DNA of 64,000 nucleotides, taken from contig RSEE01000056.1 of NCBI GenBank assembly GCA_003971905.1, positions 310,001 to 374,000 of the forward strand. Direction: 5' to 3'. Numbering within the stretch: position 1 is the stretch's first letter; each line of letters begins with the position of its first letter. Shown in pieces: positions 1-13,451 of the stretch. The stretch is from Moniliella sp. 'wahieum'. Its lineage: Eukaryota. The position numbers and the translations under genes were made by a program. The notes below the pieces were generated by a model that saw nothing but the letters and a program-made list of their open reading frames with translations, searched no databases and was not told the DNA's origin.

Positions 1-884
1 CCAAGATCAAGTACGCCACGCTGCGTTCCAAGCCAACAAACGACGGCTCGAGGCTGAGCGCACGACTGCAACCCATGGTCTGGCCCACTAAGGCCTCAGC
101 ATGGCTTTTGCTTATTTTTTCGCCCACGGCTACGCCGCACCTGCCGCGTCTCCCTTTCAGGCACATCTCCATGTACCGTGCTACTCAACTCTCACCCGAC
201 AAGCTCGGTGTATATACCGCCCACACTCCCCTGGGCTGCCCCCAACCTTCTCTTTTTTCTTGATCCTTCCCTCCTTGCTGTGAGGACCCTATGCGCCGCT
301 TGGCCTTCTGGTCTGCGCCGCCTTCATGTGCCATACTCCTGATCTCCGTCTCCTTTCCTTTGATGTTTGTCTTTCTCCCCCCGCCTCTCGCTCACTTGAG
401 TTTGTCCGCGCCCCTTCACCGGCTTCACCGGCTGTCCTTTCTAGTTAACAGGATCTCATTCAATTTGGCGTTTCTTGGTATCCCGCTATCGTTCTGGGAC
501 TAGGAAGATGGATGTAGATTGCAGGGGCAAGGATGACCTCGATGACCCCTGTTTAATGATGTGAGATGCAAACGATCCACAGTGCTCTTTTGCATGCCTG
601 CAGGAAATCCGACGACGCTAGTACGGAGCTTTAGCCCTCATCCACACACGCCAACACATATACCTTGAGGGTAGTCGTGAACGTTGAACCCGTGAACACT
701 TTGCCCCTTGTCCGCACAGCCGGTCCGCTCGGCCAGCTAGGTTCGCATCGTCGGTACGTAACCCGCAGCTTACCGCACTCCACACACCCCACAACCCTGG
801 TCCCAGCTGCGCCTCGTCCCACCTACCGGCCGTCAGGCCTTAGGTCGGGTTTTCCGGACGGCTCCCACTCCCACCGCATCCTCA

Positions 885-3272
885 ATGCCTGGCGTTTGGC
901 CACGACCCCCCCTGCCCGACATGCCCCGCCTCGCCACGTCGCAGCAGAGCAGCAGCGCCAGCTGGCCCCGCCTCTCGGGAGCCGGCCGCTGGACATGCTC
1001 ATCTGGTACAAGCCCGTCCCCATCGCCACGCTTTCACTGCCAGGCAGTCTGCCCTTGCCACCCGAAAACGCAAGTGCCCAATGCCTGCCCCGCCGAGGTA
1101 AGGCTAGCAGTTGGCACCGCCGCGCAGACTGTGACGGTGGTGCTCAAAACGGGGCCGTACTGTGGATGCTGGACGAGCTGGCAAGCGGATGGCACCTACT
1201 CCACCAAGGCGCCGCCATTGCCTTTGCGATCCAACTGTTGTGGACTTAATCCGCTCCTGGGCGACTTTAGTCCTCGTTGTCATTCTCCGCGCCTATCGCA
1301 TCGCAACCTATGCCGCTCTCACTGGTTCGGATCACCATCCTCTCCATCTTGTCGTGGGAGAGATCGGGTCATTTGGTAAGTCCCCCCCCTCCCCGTCTCT
1401 GGTTTGTTAGCGTTGCTTGGTTCAATTACTCACGCCTTGCAGTCGTCTCCCAAGTAATGTATGTCCAAGCAAGGCGCGAGGGAAGCCATCCCGACCACCC
1501 CTCCAGCTGTTGGAATGCAAGACGATCGCCTTGTCCTGCTCGACGAGCTCGGTTGGGTGGGATGCCACGTCTTGTACCTCCTGGCCCAAGCCCATCAAAC
1601 TTCCTCCCACCGTGCTATTCCCCGAACAGGTATACCTCCCTCCCGCCGACAAGCCAAGGGGCCAACAAAGCCCCCCACCGCCGCCGCACAAGTACCCCCG
1701 CTACACCATCGGAGACAAGTCCTTTGCTTGCCCCGTCCGCCTCTATCGCAGGGGAAGCAACGACGCTTCCTCAACCCATCTCACCGTCGCAGCTATCCAG
1801 CCTCTGCAGCACACACATCCCATCAATCCGTTCAATCCAGCCTCAACGCCAGCGCCAAGCACGTACGCCGACGCAGCCTCACATAGTCATATCTTTCTTT
1901 CGCCTGCACCGCAAGATGTGGAGGATGAGCTGTTCAGCCGTCCATCGGTGGGTCGGTGGACGCAGCACCGTCTCAATACCACAGCCGAAGGCCACCTCGT
2001 CTCGGGCATCCGTTGCACCAGTGGTCCGACGGCTGAAACCGAACCGGAACCGAGCCTGGAACCACAGACTATGGTGGTGCGTACACCTCCTTGCCGGAAC
2101 GGACGCGAGGGCCATCGACGACCGATGAATGGGGCTGGGATCCGCCCTGCCAAGTTCCGATCAGATCCACAAGTGGCATGGGGAAGCTGAGCGGGGCGCG
2201 AATGCCTGTACGGATCTGCTGCGCTCCCAAAAGGAGCCAACTTGGTCAGTGGGCATGTTCCCCGGTCGGGGTTCGGGGGGTGCTGTTCTTCGCTTGGCAA
2301 CTTTCCGAGTCCTATCCTTCCCTCTTGACGAGTTTGTTGGTGTGACGTTGAACATTGATCCTCGATCCTTGGGCCTTGAGCCTTGAGCCTTCATTGCTTC
2401 CTTCTCCAAAATTTGTTTCGTTTGCGTTTACAATTGACGTGATGCGTACCCCTCGGGAAGGTGTCCCCCCTCTCTCTTTCTCTCTGTAGATACGACAGGA
2501 TGTTGTGGAGGTTCCTACGGGCTGATCCAGAAAATCAAAGCCGAAGGAATTGTACACCCTTCTCTCACGCAAGATTGATACAGGGAAACGCAATCCCAAT
2601 ATATACGCAGCACTGAAAAGGTCTGTAGCTATAAGGTTCAAGCCGACCAGGTCGCGGTGTACCCCCATGAGGGCGTGCGAAGCAAGAGCCGAGGGGCAAC
2701 AGGGATATTTAGGGGGATTCGTTATTCTCTTCGGTCGCTGCTTTCCTCAGACCCATGGTGGATCTGATACCAGTTCCCTGGATCGGTTTGACCACATAAT
2801 AGCGAATCACTGTGCCAGACCCAAACCCCTCGATTTATGCTTGTGACACAGATGCCGACCCAAGGAAAGAAAGGGGGGGACGAGTCTTCAACGCACTGTG
2901 GAAGGACGTAGCCCGGACTAGGCAAGAATCCTATTATTGTTCATCTGCCCATTTCTCATGCCAGACGAGGCTCTCCCGCCCCTTGTCACTCAAGATCCAG
3001 GGAAACGTAGTGACATAAGGGATGATAGACTGAACGATGTGACCTTTCGACATGAAAGACCAATCTCCAACGGCGTTCCTGTCTCATCCTTGGCCGCTCT
3101 CGAAATCCAGCACTTCAAGCCCAAGCGAAAGACCAACCGCGAGATCAGGCGTGGATGGACGCTATGGTGCAGCGGCTCATGGGCGAACGATCGTCCCAAG
3201 AAAAGAGGGGAACGAGTTGGGCCTCGGCCGTGGACGAGGCCCACAGCTAGCTTGAGGTTGTGGTTGCTATAG
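885..3272 (+). CDS. Hypothetical multi-exon protein (frameshifted, boundaries uncertain)
   Basis: Intron-like segment GTAAGT (~1376) to TTGCAG (~1442), and a polypyrimidine acceptor at ~2489. Chained ORF fragments end at 3272, facing the convergent carrier gene across a purine-rich spacer. No recognisable family motif. Confidence 0.3.
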
Positions 3273-3409
3273 AGCTCGCCCCTTCCCCCCGCTCCCACCC
3301 ATGCCCTTGGCATTCTTTAACCGCTTTGCAGCACATCCATCTGTTACCCGACTTTCACCTTTTAGGTCCAAGTCAAGCTTGTAGGTATGGGTTCAAAGTC
3401 ATATTGGTT

Positions 3410-3525
3410 GTAGGGGGGAAGAAGAACAGAGAAACGAGAAGAGAAAAGAAGAGAAGAGAAGAGGGGAGGGAGAAGGGACAAGGGATAAAAGAGGAGAGAG
3501 GAGAGACGAGAAAAGGAGAGCAAGG
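3410..3525. repeat. Purine-rich (GA-rich) low-complexity tract
   Basis: Nearly pure A/G sequence (gaagaacagagaaacgagaagagaaaag...) just beyond the carrier gene stop codon. Confidence 0.7.
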
Positions 3526-3526
3526 G

Positions 3527-4834
3527 TTATAGGAGCAATGCCAAAAAGCTGAGCCCCATCATCAACGCGCTCACCCCCCAGCCACGATAGATGGACTCAA
3601 TCCCTTCTTCCTCCACCATGGTGCGCAGACAATCCGCCAGGCCCGTGTACGGCCGCACCGTACCGGCGCCCGCATCCGCCTCAATCGCCGACGACGCACA
3701 TGGACGGAGCACCACTACGGGCTCCTCAACCGCACCGGGCTCGGAGGGCGGGGCGGCGGACCACCCTCCCAAAGGCGCATGTTCATCCTCTTCTTCGTCC
3801 GCGTGGTGGGCACTCACCCCAGCTTGGTGCGAAATGGGGTTGATGATCGGGTCGGACCCAACGGAGCGCGAGGGGGCTCACGAGCGCGTTGGGTAGACAG
3901 ACGGATGGTGGCACATTGCAGCGGGATGGTGACAGCACCACTGACCACACTCCACACCAAGAAGCCCGCCAGACCTAGGGCCGTGTACTGCCGTCCTCCC
4001 GATCCCGACCCGGGGCTGTCGGCCGGGAGCGAGGAGGCGCCCAAGTTATGTGGCTCCGAAGTCGCAGGGCCAAAGCAGATTCGCTGCGCCAGCGGGTTGC
4101 AAAACGCAATCAAAAGTGTGTGCAGCAAACATACGCTCGCCATGCCCGGCAACGTGTACAGTTTCCACGGCCGCCGTAGCTCACTGGGACTCAACAGTTG
4201 GCGTAGGTTCTGGATCGGTTGCGTCCAGGGCAATGCGTGGGGGTGCACAATCGTCCTAAGGAACAAACAACCAGGTCAGCGTCAACTGTTTTTCCGGCAC
4301 CAAAAGCGTATGAGACCCTTGGAACAGCTCCCGCTACGTACCGGTGGGAGAGAATGGACATGGGCAAGTCGACAAAGGCGGCAATCAGGACGCAGATCCC
4401 CAAAGCAAAGATCCCGATTTCACCCTTGGCCGCAGCGCGCTTCCACTTGGACCCGGACGTAACAAAGGGGGCGAGAAGGAGGGTGCCGATCAAGGTGAAC
4501 CAAGTCATTTGGATGGCCACGGGCAACGAGCCGCGGTACAGGCCAGTCCAACCCTCGAGGAGATCACGCGCTTGGCCATGCCAAACACACCCGAGGTCAC
4601 CGGGCCGATCTTGACCGGTTCGGCGCGGACAGAGAAGAGCCCGCTGGCGCGTCGGGAGGAGTGCGGATCGGCTTCGTCGGCCAGGCCGAGCGATACGGCA
4701 CGCGGAAGGTAGTTGGCACGGAGACGGACGAGGGAGCTCTGGAGCGGCTGGGAGAAGAGGATGGAGACGGCGGTGAGGATGGCGAAGCCGATGAGGGTGG
4801 CGAGGCCCATAAAGAGGCTCGTGAGGAGGCCCAT
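3527..4834 (-). CDS. Mitochondrial carrier (SLC25) domain-containing membrane protein
   Basis: Starts MGLLTSLFMG at 4834. Carrier-like signatures QPLQSSLVRLR, EGWTGLYRG, IPLQCATIRL and the C-terminal PYTGLADCLRTMVEEEGIESIYRGWG. One intron ~4256-4341 (GTACGT...GCTGAC...TTAG) plus frameshifts. Confidence 0.8.
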
Positions 4835-6814
4835 GGCAGACAGACAGGCGCGCGGGCGAAGGCGGTGGGGGCGGCCGCTTGGCTTGGCTGCGGTCCGCAG
4901 AGCGGCTGGAGGGGGACGGCCCGGCTGGGTGCTCGGCTGAGGCTGACGTGCGCAGCGGCCGCTCCCAGTCACGTGATGTACCGGCTGGCTCTGAGATCTG
5001 ACGCTTGGCTCCCATCCGCTGCAGTAGTCCGGCAGCCGTGAAATATTCAGGCGCACGCACGTGACGCGTGATGGTCACGCCTCAGTCTGAGGACGAAGAC
5101 TCAGTTAAACGTTCAAGTTCAGCTTGCTTGAACTCCCATCGCCTCTCTCTCGCTCCTGGCTCGTCTACCACCCAGCCCCTCCTCCACCAGACCACCACCC
5201 CCCCGCCTGTTAACCATGGGCAGTTAGCCCAGCATTCCTTCCCCAGTGCGAAGCGCTGCCCCCGTTTGGGTTCCCCCACACTCACATGCGTAATATGCGT
5301 TACTTGGATGTACCACAAAATGGGGCTGGAGGATGGCATCGACAGCCTGTCTGAAAGGCTTGTGCGCCAGGGACGTTCAATATACTACAGATCTCCCGTG
5401 TTTATTCAGTCAATACTCAGTTGAGACGAACGCGCTTCATCCCCTCTTCTCCCTCTCTGGCCTCTCTGGGCCCCTAAGGCCTAAGGTCTCATCACTTGGA
5501 GCCGGACTGCTTGGCTCTATCATATACTCTTGGAAACTGTAGTAGGAGCTGAGAATCTATATTTCTTTTGTGGCTATTCGGGAACAAGTGCATATATTGA
5601 AGCTAGGAGGGGATCTGCTGTTGGCCTGCGACACGCGCAACACAGGTTCTGTCGTTTTTGGGTGCAAACCGAGTCGGAGCCCTATTGGATACAGATTGCC
5701 GTCCGTCTAGGCTGTCAGCCTACTTACTTCACCCTAGCGAAGAAGCGCCTCCTCAGAATTACGGGTCTGCGTCAGCGGCACGCGGCCTATTATGCCGTTT
5801 CATTGACTGTACTTCATAGGGAAGAACAGGGCCGATAAGCGGATTTTGTCAAGATGAGAGGCCTGAGGGGGAGGCTACGATTAGCCACTGGTAGGATCCC
5901 AATGAGCATGAGGCGCAAAAGGGGCACTCCTTTAGTAGGACGTGGGCATTGTGTTTGTTCTCTCCCTCTTTTTCCCCTCCCCATTTGCGACCTCCAGTGG
6001 ACAAGGCGCAACAAGCTGCGGCCGTTGGATCGTTCTGTGCCAGCCAGCCCCAATGCAATAAAACAATGGGAGCAGCAAAACGAGGCCAAGGTGCCTAGCC
6101 ACAGTGACAAGGACTGGCTGAGCGCTGTCGAACGTTGACTAGTGATCCGACCGATGATCTCCTTATGATCGCCCGGCCCCCAACCTAAGAACCCAAGAAA
6201 GTCACTAATAGCGACTTCAATAAGCTTCAACATGTTCAACGCTTCAACTCATCGAACTTTGTGTTACGCTCCGTTGCGCCCTAAACTTATGAAACGCAGG
6301 TGCCGCGGAGGGCATGGATGACATGGTACTTGGGGGTAAGCCTGAGCGCTCGCTCAGGCTGAGCTGAACGTGCGCTGAACCCAGGACGCTGACCAAGTTG
6401 GGGTGCGTGGACGCTCAACACAGGCGCTGTTCCTGTTGGACACTGGAATTCAGTACAGTCATGTCACACGCCACATCACATGCATCACACCCCGTGCCTG
6501 TCACAGCCGCAATCCAGGCCGCCCGGTGCTGAGACCAGCCGCCCCGCAACTCCACGGGGGCGGCGGCGGGATTTGGGCGTTTCGGACTGCGGACACTGCC
6601 ATGGTGCCGCCGGGTCCGCGGCGCACACAAGCAAAGCAGTGCCGAGTTTGTCAAAGCGCCCGCGTCACACAGCCCGCACTCGCCTAACCCCGCTGTGCTT
6701 CCCCCGCCGCCTCCGCCGCCTCTCGCCCGCGATAAAGGAGCACCGCACCGCCCACCGCCGCCGCCGCCACCCCCCCCACCACCACCCCTCTCCTCCCGCC
6801 CGCCACCTGCCCAC

Positions 6815-7729
6815 ATGCCATCCACCGCCGCCGCCCGCCGCCCCCCCCAAGGGCATCCTCGACCCTGCCTGCTGCCGCGCCCTGCCTTCCGAGCCGCGCA
6901 AGCCCAACCGGCTCAAGGACGCCTTCCTCGTCCCCAAGCCGCCCGGCTCGCTGGCCAAGAAGACCAACACGCTCTCGGCAAGTCGTACCGTCGCACCACC
7001 CCACCCAGCACCTTCCCCATCCGGGGACCCGAAATCCTTGCTGTCGACCCACGCGGGCCCTCTGCCTCCTACGGCGACGCCTGGGTTCCCACTTTTACTC
7101 CCCCCCCCCCGAAGACGGTTGCGACTCTACCGCATCAGACAAGAGCAGTACTTCCACCCACACTTCTGTCCAATCTACCTCCACGTCCCCCCCACCACCC
7201 CCTCATCTTCTTTCCCCACTTGAACTCGCCTCTGTGTCGAAGCAAGCCGATCGAGCGCCCGCCTCGCCGTCTCTGCGCTTCTGCCCTTTGCCCCTCACGG
7301 GCCGTAGGCGGACGAGTCGGTCCCAATCCATCTCTATTGGCGTTACGTCCCGCGCGCACATGCTGGCGATGCAAGCCAATGCAGAACTGCCATACCAACC
7401 GCCATTCCAACCAGCACACTCTTGTTCCTCCTCCCAACCTCCTCCTTCTGCCCCCGTCCCTGTTTCACAAAGAGACGACGTGGTGGACTTGGGCGAGGTA
7501 ATGCAAAAGGGTGTCAAGAAAATCATCAAGCGTCTCCGCAAGGAGCCCATCGACCGTCTGCCCACATCCCACCAGCCATCAAGCCCAACTCGAACCCCCT
7601 CCTGGCATGCAAAGGGCACGCCACTCAATCAACCTCGCTGAATTGCAGTTGCACCCAGACTCTTCGGCTCCTCCACTCTTTGATCGGACCACCCTTGTGC
7701 CCGAGTCGCCATTTGATCCAGAGGAGGAC

Positions 7730-7768
<39 letters not shown>

Positions 7769-7805
7769 AGACGAGGAAGAGGAGACGCGGTCCGTGTCGC
7801 CTTGA
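6815..7805 (+). CDS. Hypothetical low-complexity protein with acidic C-terminal tract
   Basis: ATG follows a C-rich leader. Coding-like fragments KPNRLKDAFLVPKPPGSLAKK and VVDLGEVMQKGVKKIIKRLRKEP, ending DEDEDEDEEDEEEETRSVSP*. Frameshifted, no family recognised. Confidence 0.4.
7726..7785 (+). repeat. (GACGAG)n hexanucleotide repeat encoding poly-DE
   Basis: Direct tandem gacgaggacgaggacgag... visible in the sequence. Confidence 0.85.
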
Positions 7806-10800
7806 GGGTAGGATCTCTCCCATCCCGTTGTTCTGCTTTGCACATGATGGTGCTGCACCCTCTGTTCCTCCCGACATCAAAGAGTCCCGTCCGGCTGCGG
7901 ATGCGGGGGCATGCCCTACCTGTCTCTTCTTCATTTCCCTCCCTACGGACTTGGTCGAAATGCCACCCCCATACATTCAACCCTGCATATTTTTTTCTCA
8001 TTATCAGCATCTCACCCTCTCCTATTCCCGGGTATCCCCCCTTCTTTGGCCCACCACCTTCTAATGCGCATGGCCTCCCTATCATTCATCTCAGGAAGCT
8101 AAGCTAAGCATATGTTTTGTTTGCTGCCTGTTTCAATTGGCTGTGCCTCCACAACCTCTCTCTCTTTCTCATGACTCACACGTGGTATACGACGCTGTGG
8201 GCACAACATTCGTTATTATTCCATTCCGTCCCCTGTGCATGAATGTCGAACAAACAATGGTGATCACACTGAACCTAACCCCCTTTCTCCGCCTGTTTGA
8301 GACGGGATGCTCATCGCCGTTCATAAGGTACCCCCCGGGCTTTGGTTCTCTACTGACATAGCTATCGCTGTGAGGCTTCTCAGTACACGCGGATTACAAG
8401 AATAGGTAGAAAATGTCGGCGATGTGCAGGTGCTGTACATCGGCGAGGCGTTTGAATGGGGTTGGAGGACATGATGTTCCGAAGGCGAAAAAAGAGGTAG
8501 TTGATGTAACTCATGTGCATTTGTGTGCAGCGCCAGGGCCCAACTGCCGGCTGCATGTGAAAGCTTCCTATATGCGCCCACGGTAGCTGGCCAAGGGCTA
8601 AGGAGTCGATTTGGCGTAGTCGCCGCACGGAAGGGTGCGCTCTACGGGGACATGCGTCTTCACATTAGCCAGGGGAACATCGGCAATTGGTTTGGTCAAG
8701 ATCTATAACGTCAGGTAAATGGAACCTCATTTCATGTGGACCAAAATTCTGGCCATGCGGGACAGCATTGTTCACTGATAGGAGTTTGGCTCATCAGGCG
8801 CTCATCCTGCACCTAGTTCTGCTTGGGCACCGGGGTGCAGGGACGACTGGTGCAGCCCCGCTGAAGATAGGCCTTTGTTGGTCCTTCTCACATTGCTTTG
8901 ACCCCGCTCTGAGCAAACCGACGAGCTCTCATCGAGAGTCGTTCGTCCTGATGAATCCATCGTCGGACAGGCGCGTTTGAGAGATGGGGCTCAAACCGAA
9001 CTCGTCAAGCGAGACAGTCTCCAGAGGGTAGGTTATCGTATACGCGGACTTGACACTTCATCCTCATCTCTTTTCTTGTTCCATCACAGGCGCATGGTCT
9101 GACTCATTCCGCGCTGGTTCTGACAACAGTAAGGTGTTGGATAAGCCGGAGCTTGTGCCCCACTGGTCCGTGTAGTATATACGTCCTTCATCGCATTGTT
9201 TCGACTCCGCCGGATATTCATTGGTCCAGATCAATTGTAGGTGGTCACAGAATGACCCCATCAGACGGACCAGAGCGAACGACACTAGATCGACAATGAA
9301 TACGGGTAACGACACATGCGGACTGTGGCTTGCTTTCAGCTGTTCCTTCACGCAAAAGTCCACCTTTTGCTTAATGAACGCGGTGTTGCGTGTGTGATTT
9401 GTCCCAATGACGTGGAAGGTTGTTATTGGGAGTCTCCGCTCATCCGCTGGCCGTCTGGCAAGGTGATGTGCAGAGCCACGTCGCGTCGCGTCAGAGGCCC
9501 AGGAAGTACCGATGCCCAGTAGCTCCCGCGATAAAGGCTAGAGATAAAGGTGACTGTGCTAACATACGCGCTTGTATAGTTAGAGCACAGTCGTCTCGCT
9601 TGGCAACACATCACTAGCCGGAGGGCAAAGTGCACCCAGCTGACCTGGCCGTAGGCCCGGTAGTCTCCTAGTCTGACATATTAATGTCAGATGTGGACCA
9701 GTAGAGATGGTGGCCAGTGTTCGCCGGTTGGAACCAACTGAGATCGTGCTTGCGCGCCGGAGCCTATGATGCAAGAATGATGCCTGCTGCAGTATTGTAG
9801 CTGGTTATTGGTCGCGACTCGGTGTGCCCGGTGTGATCTTGGTGATGTCGGACGTCCCTGTGTCGAAAAGACAAGTACGGGTATCGACGACATCCGCGGT
9901 GCACATCCAATGGCTGGCAGTGCGGGGATCGCTGAAGCAAGAGTTGGAGGAGCTAGGGCTCCACAGTCTCCAGTACCTCGGTGTCGATACATTGCCGGGT
10001 TACCGACTGCGAACGTTTGAATGTGCGACTCAACTTGCACTGTTGCTTAGTTGCTTCGATCTGGCCATCAGGCACTCAACACACACGCAGCCTTATTCCC
10101 TCACCATCGAGCGACAGTAGGTCGGTCACGGGCGAGGACGGGCTGGCAAGCTCCGCGAAGCCTAAGCGCGCATTTCGCCTTCCTAACCCCATCCCCAAGG
10201 GTCGTGGGTCAGATTCAATCTGCAGACGATAGTCGCCCGTGCCTTTTAGAGGTTGCCCGTACCCAAACCGCCCTCCCTGTTTTCCCGTCCCCCGTTCTTC
10301 CTCTATGCTACACAGCCTTAAGTTGGCACATTTTCAGCCGCCTCTACTATACGCCAAAGGTTTCCCCTTGTCCCTATCCTCCCCGCTCGCACCAACCAAT
10401 CAGCCCAAGCGCGCAACTACCGTGAGTCGACCTTAGTATTTCCAATGGATTAGACCCCTTAACCCCCCGGGCGGGCCCCCTGGCAGCGCCCACCCTTACA
10501 CTCTGGTTATCCCTGCAGCAACAGCGCATCAGCGCTTCTTCAGTTAGGCCCCTGGGCCTGACTAGCCAAATCCGGCCAGGGGCAAAAGACTTGCCTAGAT
10601 AGTATATACGTTTATGGATCCCCCCGTATGTGAGTGGCAATCTGCTCTACCCCCACACTGTAGCCCACACTTGACAAGAGCCAGCCAGACCCCTGGTTCC
10701 TGCCTCTTTCACACACACCCCACCAGCATCCCTCTCGCCGTGTACCAGAGTAAGTGCAACATCCCGTCCAGGCAATGCTCGTGCGAGCCCCTGGCGGACC

Positions 10801-10869
10801 CAATAGTATCGCCGGTCCAGCTCACACCCGCACCGTCAACAAAACAAGCTAGGTCGCCAGGCAGCCGAA

Positions 10870-12516
10870 ATGGACGAAATGGACATGGACGAGCCCGCCC
10901 CCATCCGGTCTCGCACCCCCGCCCCATCCTGACGGTCCCTGAGACAGCGACAGATGACGATGAAGGCGCGCAGGCAAATGGTCCAGAAGACGTCCATCAA
11001 AATGACGCAAGCGATGCACAAGATCACGCCCGTGCCCCTGGAGGCGTGCAGGATGCCATGGATCAACGTGATCGGGATCCCTGATGCTAGGGCCTCAATG
11101 TCTGGGTGAATTTCAGAACTTCCTCGACGCTGTCAGGAGTGAGCTCCACGCCGCCCTCCCACAACAACAGACCGATACATTACTGCGTAGACAATCTAAC
11201 TTGGAACTGATTTCCGATCAGGCCGTGCGTGGCGTGCGCGACCTGGTTGACCGCGTGGAAGATTTGAGACGCACTATGCGGCGTCGCCAAACGATCGTCA
11301 ATGACATTCATGACCGAGTCCGCAACCTGATGGACAATGCGGCCGAAGAAGAGCAAACGACAGGGTTGAGCTGGTCAGTATCACCACATGATATACCATA
11401 TAGTATCACCGCCCCCGCCCCTGCGCACAAAAAGCACTCTCACACTGACCTAACTTACATATGTTCTTTGCGTCTGACAGCGATACTTCATCAGCGACCT
11501 CGTCTGGGTTTGCCTCCTGTTCAAGGCACCCTGGAGCGTCCGGCGAATTGTTGACTTCTGTCGTATCTTCGCCAGACAGCACGTTGCTGATGATGGTCTA
11601 GAGGCCACCACTCTCGATATCTCCCCGACTAGACCCGCCTTCAACAGGTTCATAGACAACATCATCCGGAGGCGGGTAACGCTCACTAAAGGCTATTTGA
11701 ATGAGGTGCGTTAACCCAAACCCCTAAACCATCTACTAACAAATAACACATTGTCCAGTTGCCAGAGAGCATGCACCATATCGATGAAGGCAACGGAAGG
11801 CGCACAATTGCAGCCTTTCAGGCTGATTCGTGCGTCATAAGGTTCCAGTCTACTTTCGCACCCTCTCTCACCAAGATCTCACTGTCGCCAAGGAGCGCAT
11901 CCGAATCCTGGTACGTACCGGCCCCCCTCTTAACGCGTTGATCATTTCCTATATAGCAATATGGCCACAATAACGTACTTCACCCGTTCTCATCAAAAGC
12001 GCTTCTGTTGCTACGCACCGAACGACATTGACTTCCGGAGGGAAATGGGACGTGTCTTACAAAAGCACAATTTCTCTGACCTATCTGACCTGTGCACCGT
12101 CTTGCTCGACCGGAGTCTGTCCAACGCCAGCCGCTGCAGTGACATTTTCAGTGCCATCACTGTCTCTTCGTCCGATCATAAGTACGTCGCCACTCCGTTG
12201 TCGTCCAGCAGGTCATCTGACTTTTTTCACTCATCGCTCCGCAAGCTATCTACTGGGCTGGACGAGTGCATGGGAGGATTTCGAGGGCATTGCGGACACT
12301 CATCTTCCGCAAGGAAACCCTGAAATTTGTACCGCCTGGCGTGCGAGACCCGTGCACAACTCACTCACACCACTGTCACATCGCAGTAACCTGGATGCAA
12401 ACCGAAAAGAGGAGGATGAACGGGACAATGAAGGCACTGTAGTCAACCTCTTTGACGCAGAGGGCACAGAGGGCGAGGACAACGACCGCACAGACGACTC
12501 TGAGACTGAAGAGTGA
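10870..12516 (+). CDS. Orphan multi-exon hypothetical protein in a lower-GC island
   Basis: Acidic N-terminus, then a coiled-coil-like stretch (VRDLVDRVEDLRRTMRRRQTIVNDIHDRVRNL). Introns with branch sites: ~11374-11481; 11707-11758 (GTGCGT...CTAAC...CAG, joining KGYLNE|LPESMH in frame); ~11911-11957. Acidic C-terminus ...DDSETEE*, with AATAAA downstream. Confidence 0.55.
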
Positions 12517-13311
12517 TTTGGCGCCTATACATTCCAAAGACCTCTCAATGGCGAGGCCCCAAGTCCATATTGACCCATCGCAACGTAAAAAGTACCCTCG
12601 AAAACGATTGCAAATGAGTAGTAGTATAAAATGTAATACCAATAAATAACCCAGGGAGAGCGAGCATAATAGGAGCACCCTAGAGATTCGTCAGATACGT
12701 CACCCATGGATACGTCGACGACGTATCTGTTGACCTGCAAGGGGTGTGACGTCGCTGTGTAGTACTAGCACGAAGGAGGCAAGTCAGTACGTGTACTGAA
12801 GAGGCAGAGCTGCAGCTGATAGATGAGAACAACTTTTATTTTCCTTCTATAGACCACTACTTCGCTTTCATTCAGAGTTGCTTGGAGGCACTAACTTGGA
12901 TGAGTCGCGGACGACAGTACGTTAACCCATGGAGATGGGGATGAAGCCGAGCAGCCTTTTTCTACTGGTGGCGAGTTCATCGGTCTCTTTCCTATAGCTA
13001 CTCTGCTATATCTTTACACACTCGTAGACCAATTGGACAAGCCGTCATACGATTCTGGAACTGCGCTCGGAAGGGTGGTGTATATCCATACGACGAACAT
13101 ATCGTCCTCACCGCTATTGGGCTCGTCTGCCAGTCGGCTGATTTCCTTGTGGTCTGGCCAGTGGCATATGTGTTGAGCGTGAAGAAGGGAAAAAGCAGAG
13201 CGTTGCAGATATACGACTGTGGTTGTGGGGCAGGGGAGGAAAATATAAGCGATGAAGAGATTATTATTACGACCCAGAACCGAGATGCCCTTTTCGGCCG
13301 GATCGTCCACC

Positions 13312-13325
13312 GTCACGTGATGTAC
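13312..13325. promoter_or_regulatory. E-box GTCACGTGATGTAC upstream of the NRAMP gene
   Basis: About 130 nt upstream of the ATG. An identical 14-mer lies at 4968-4981 upstream of the carrier gene. Confidence 0.55.
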
Positions 13326-13451
13326 ATTCCAGGCAGAGCGTTCCGCCTCGCCTTTGACGTCATGCGGCTGGCGCTGGGGCTGGCCAGGGCACCGGCTGAG
13401 TCGGATGTCTTGAGCCGGCGCGGCGCGGCCTGGCTTCTTGCTCTCCCCACC

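Noticed and set aside
1..503. Possible 3' end of an upstream gene or retroelement
   Set aside because: Several short open frames with no recognisable motif; cannot be assigned.
9540..9620. Helitron 3' end (hairpin followed by CTAG)
   Set aside because: Spacing and hairpin composition are atypical, CTAG is not followed by T, and no Rep/helicase ORF is seen.
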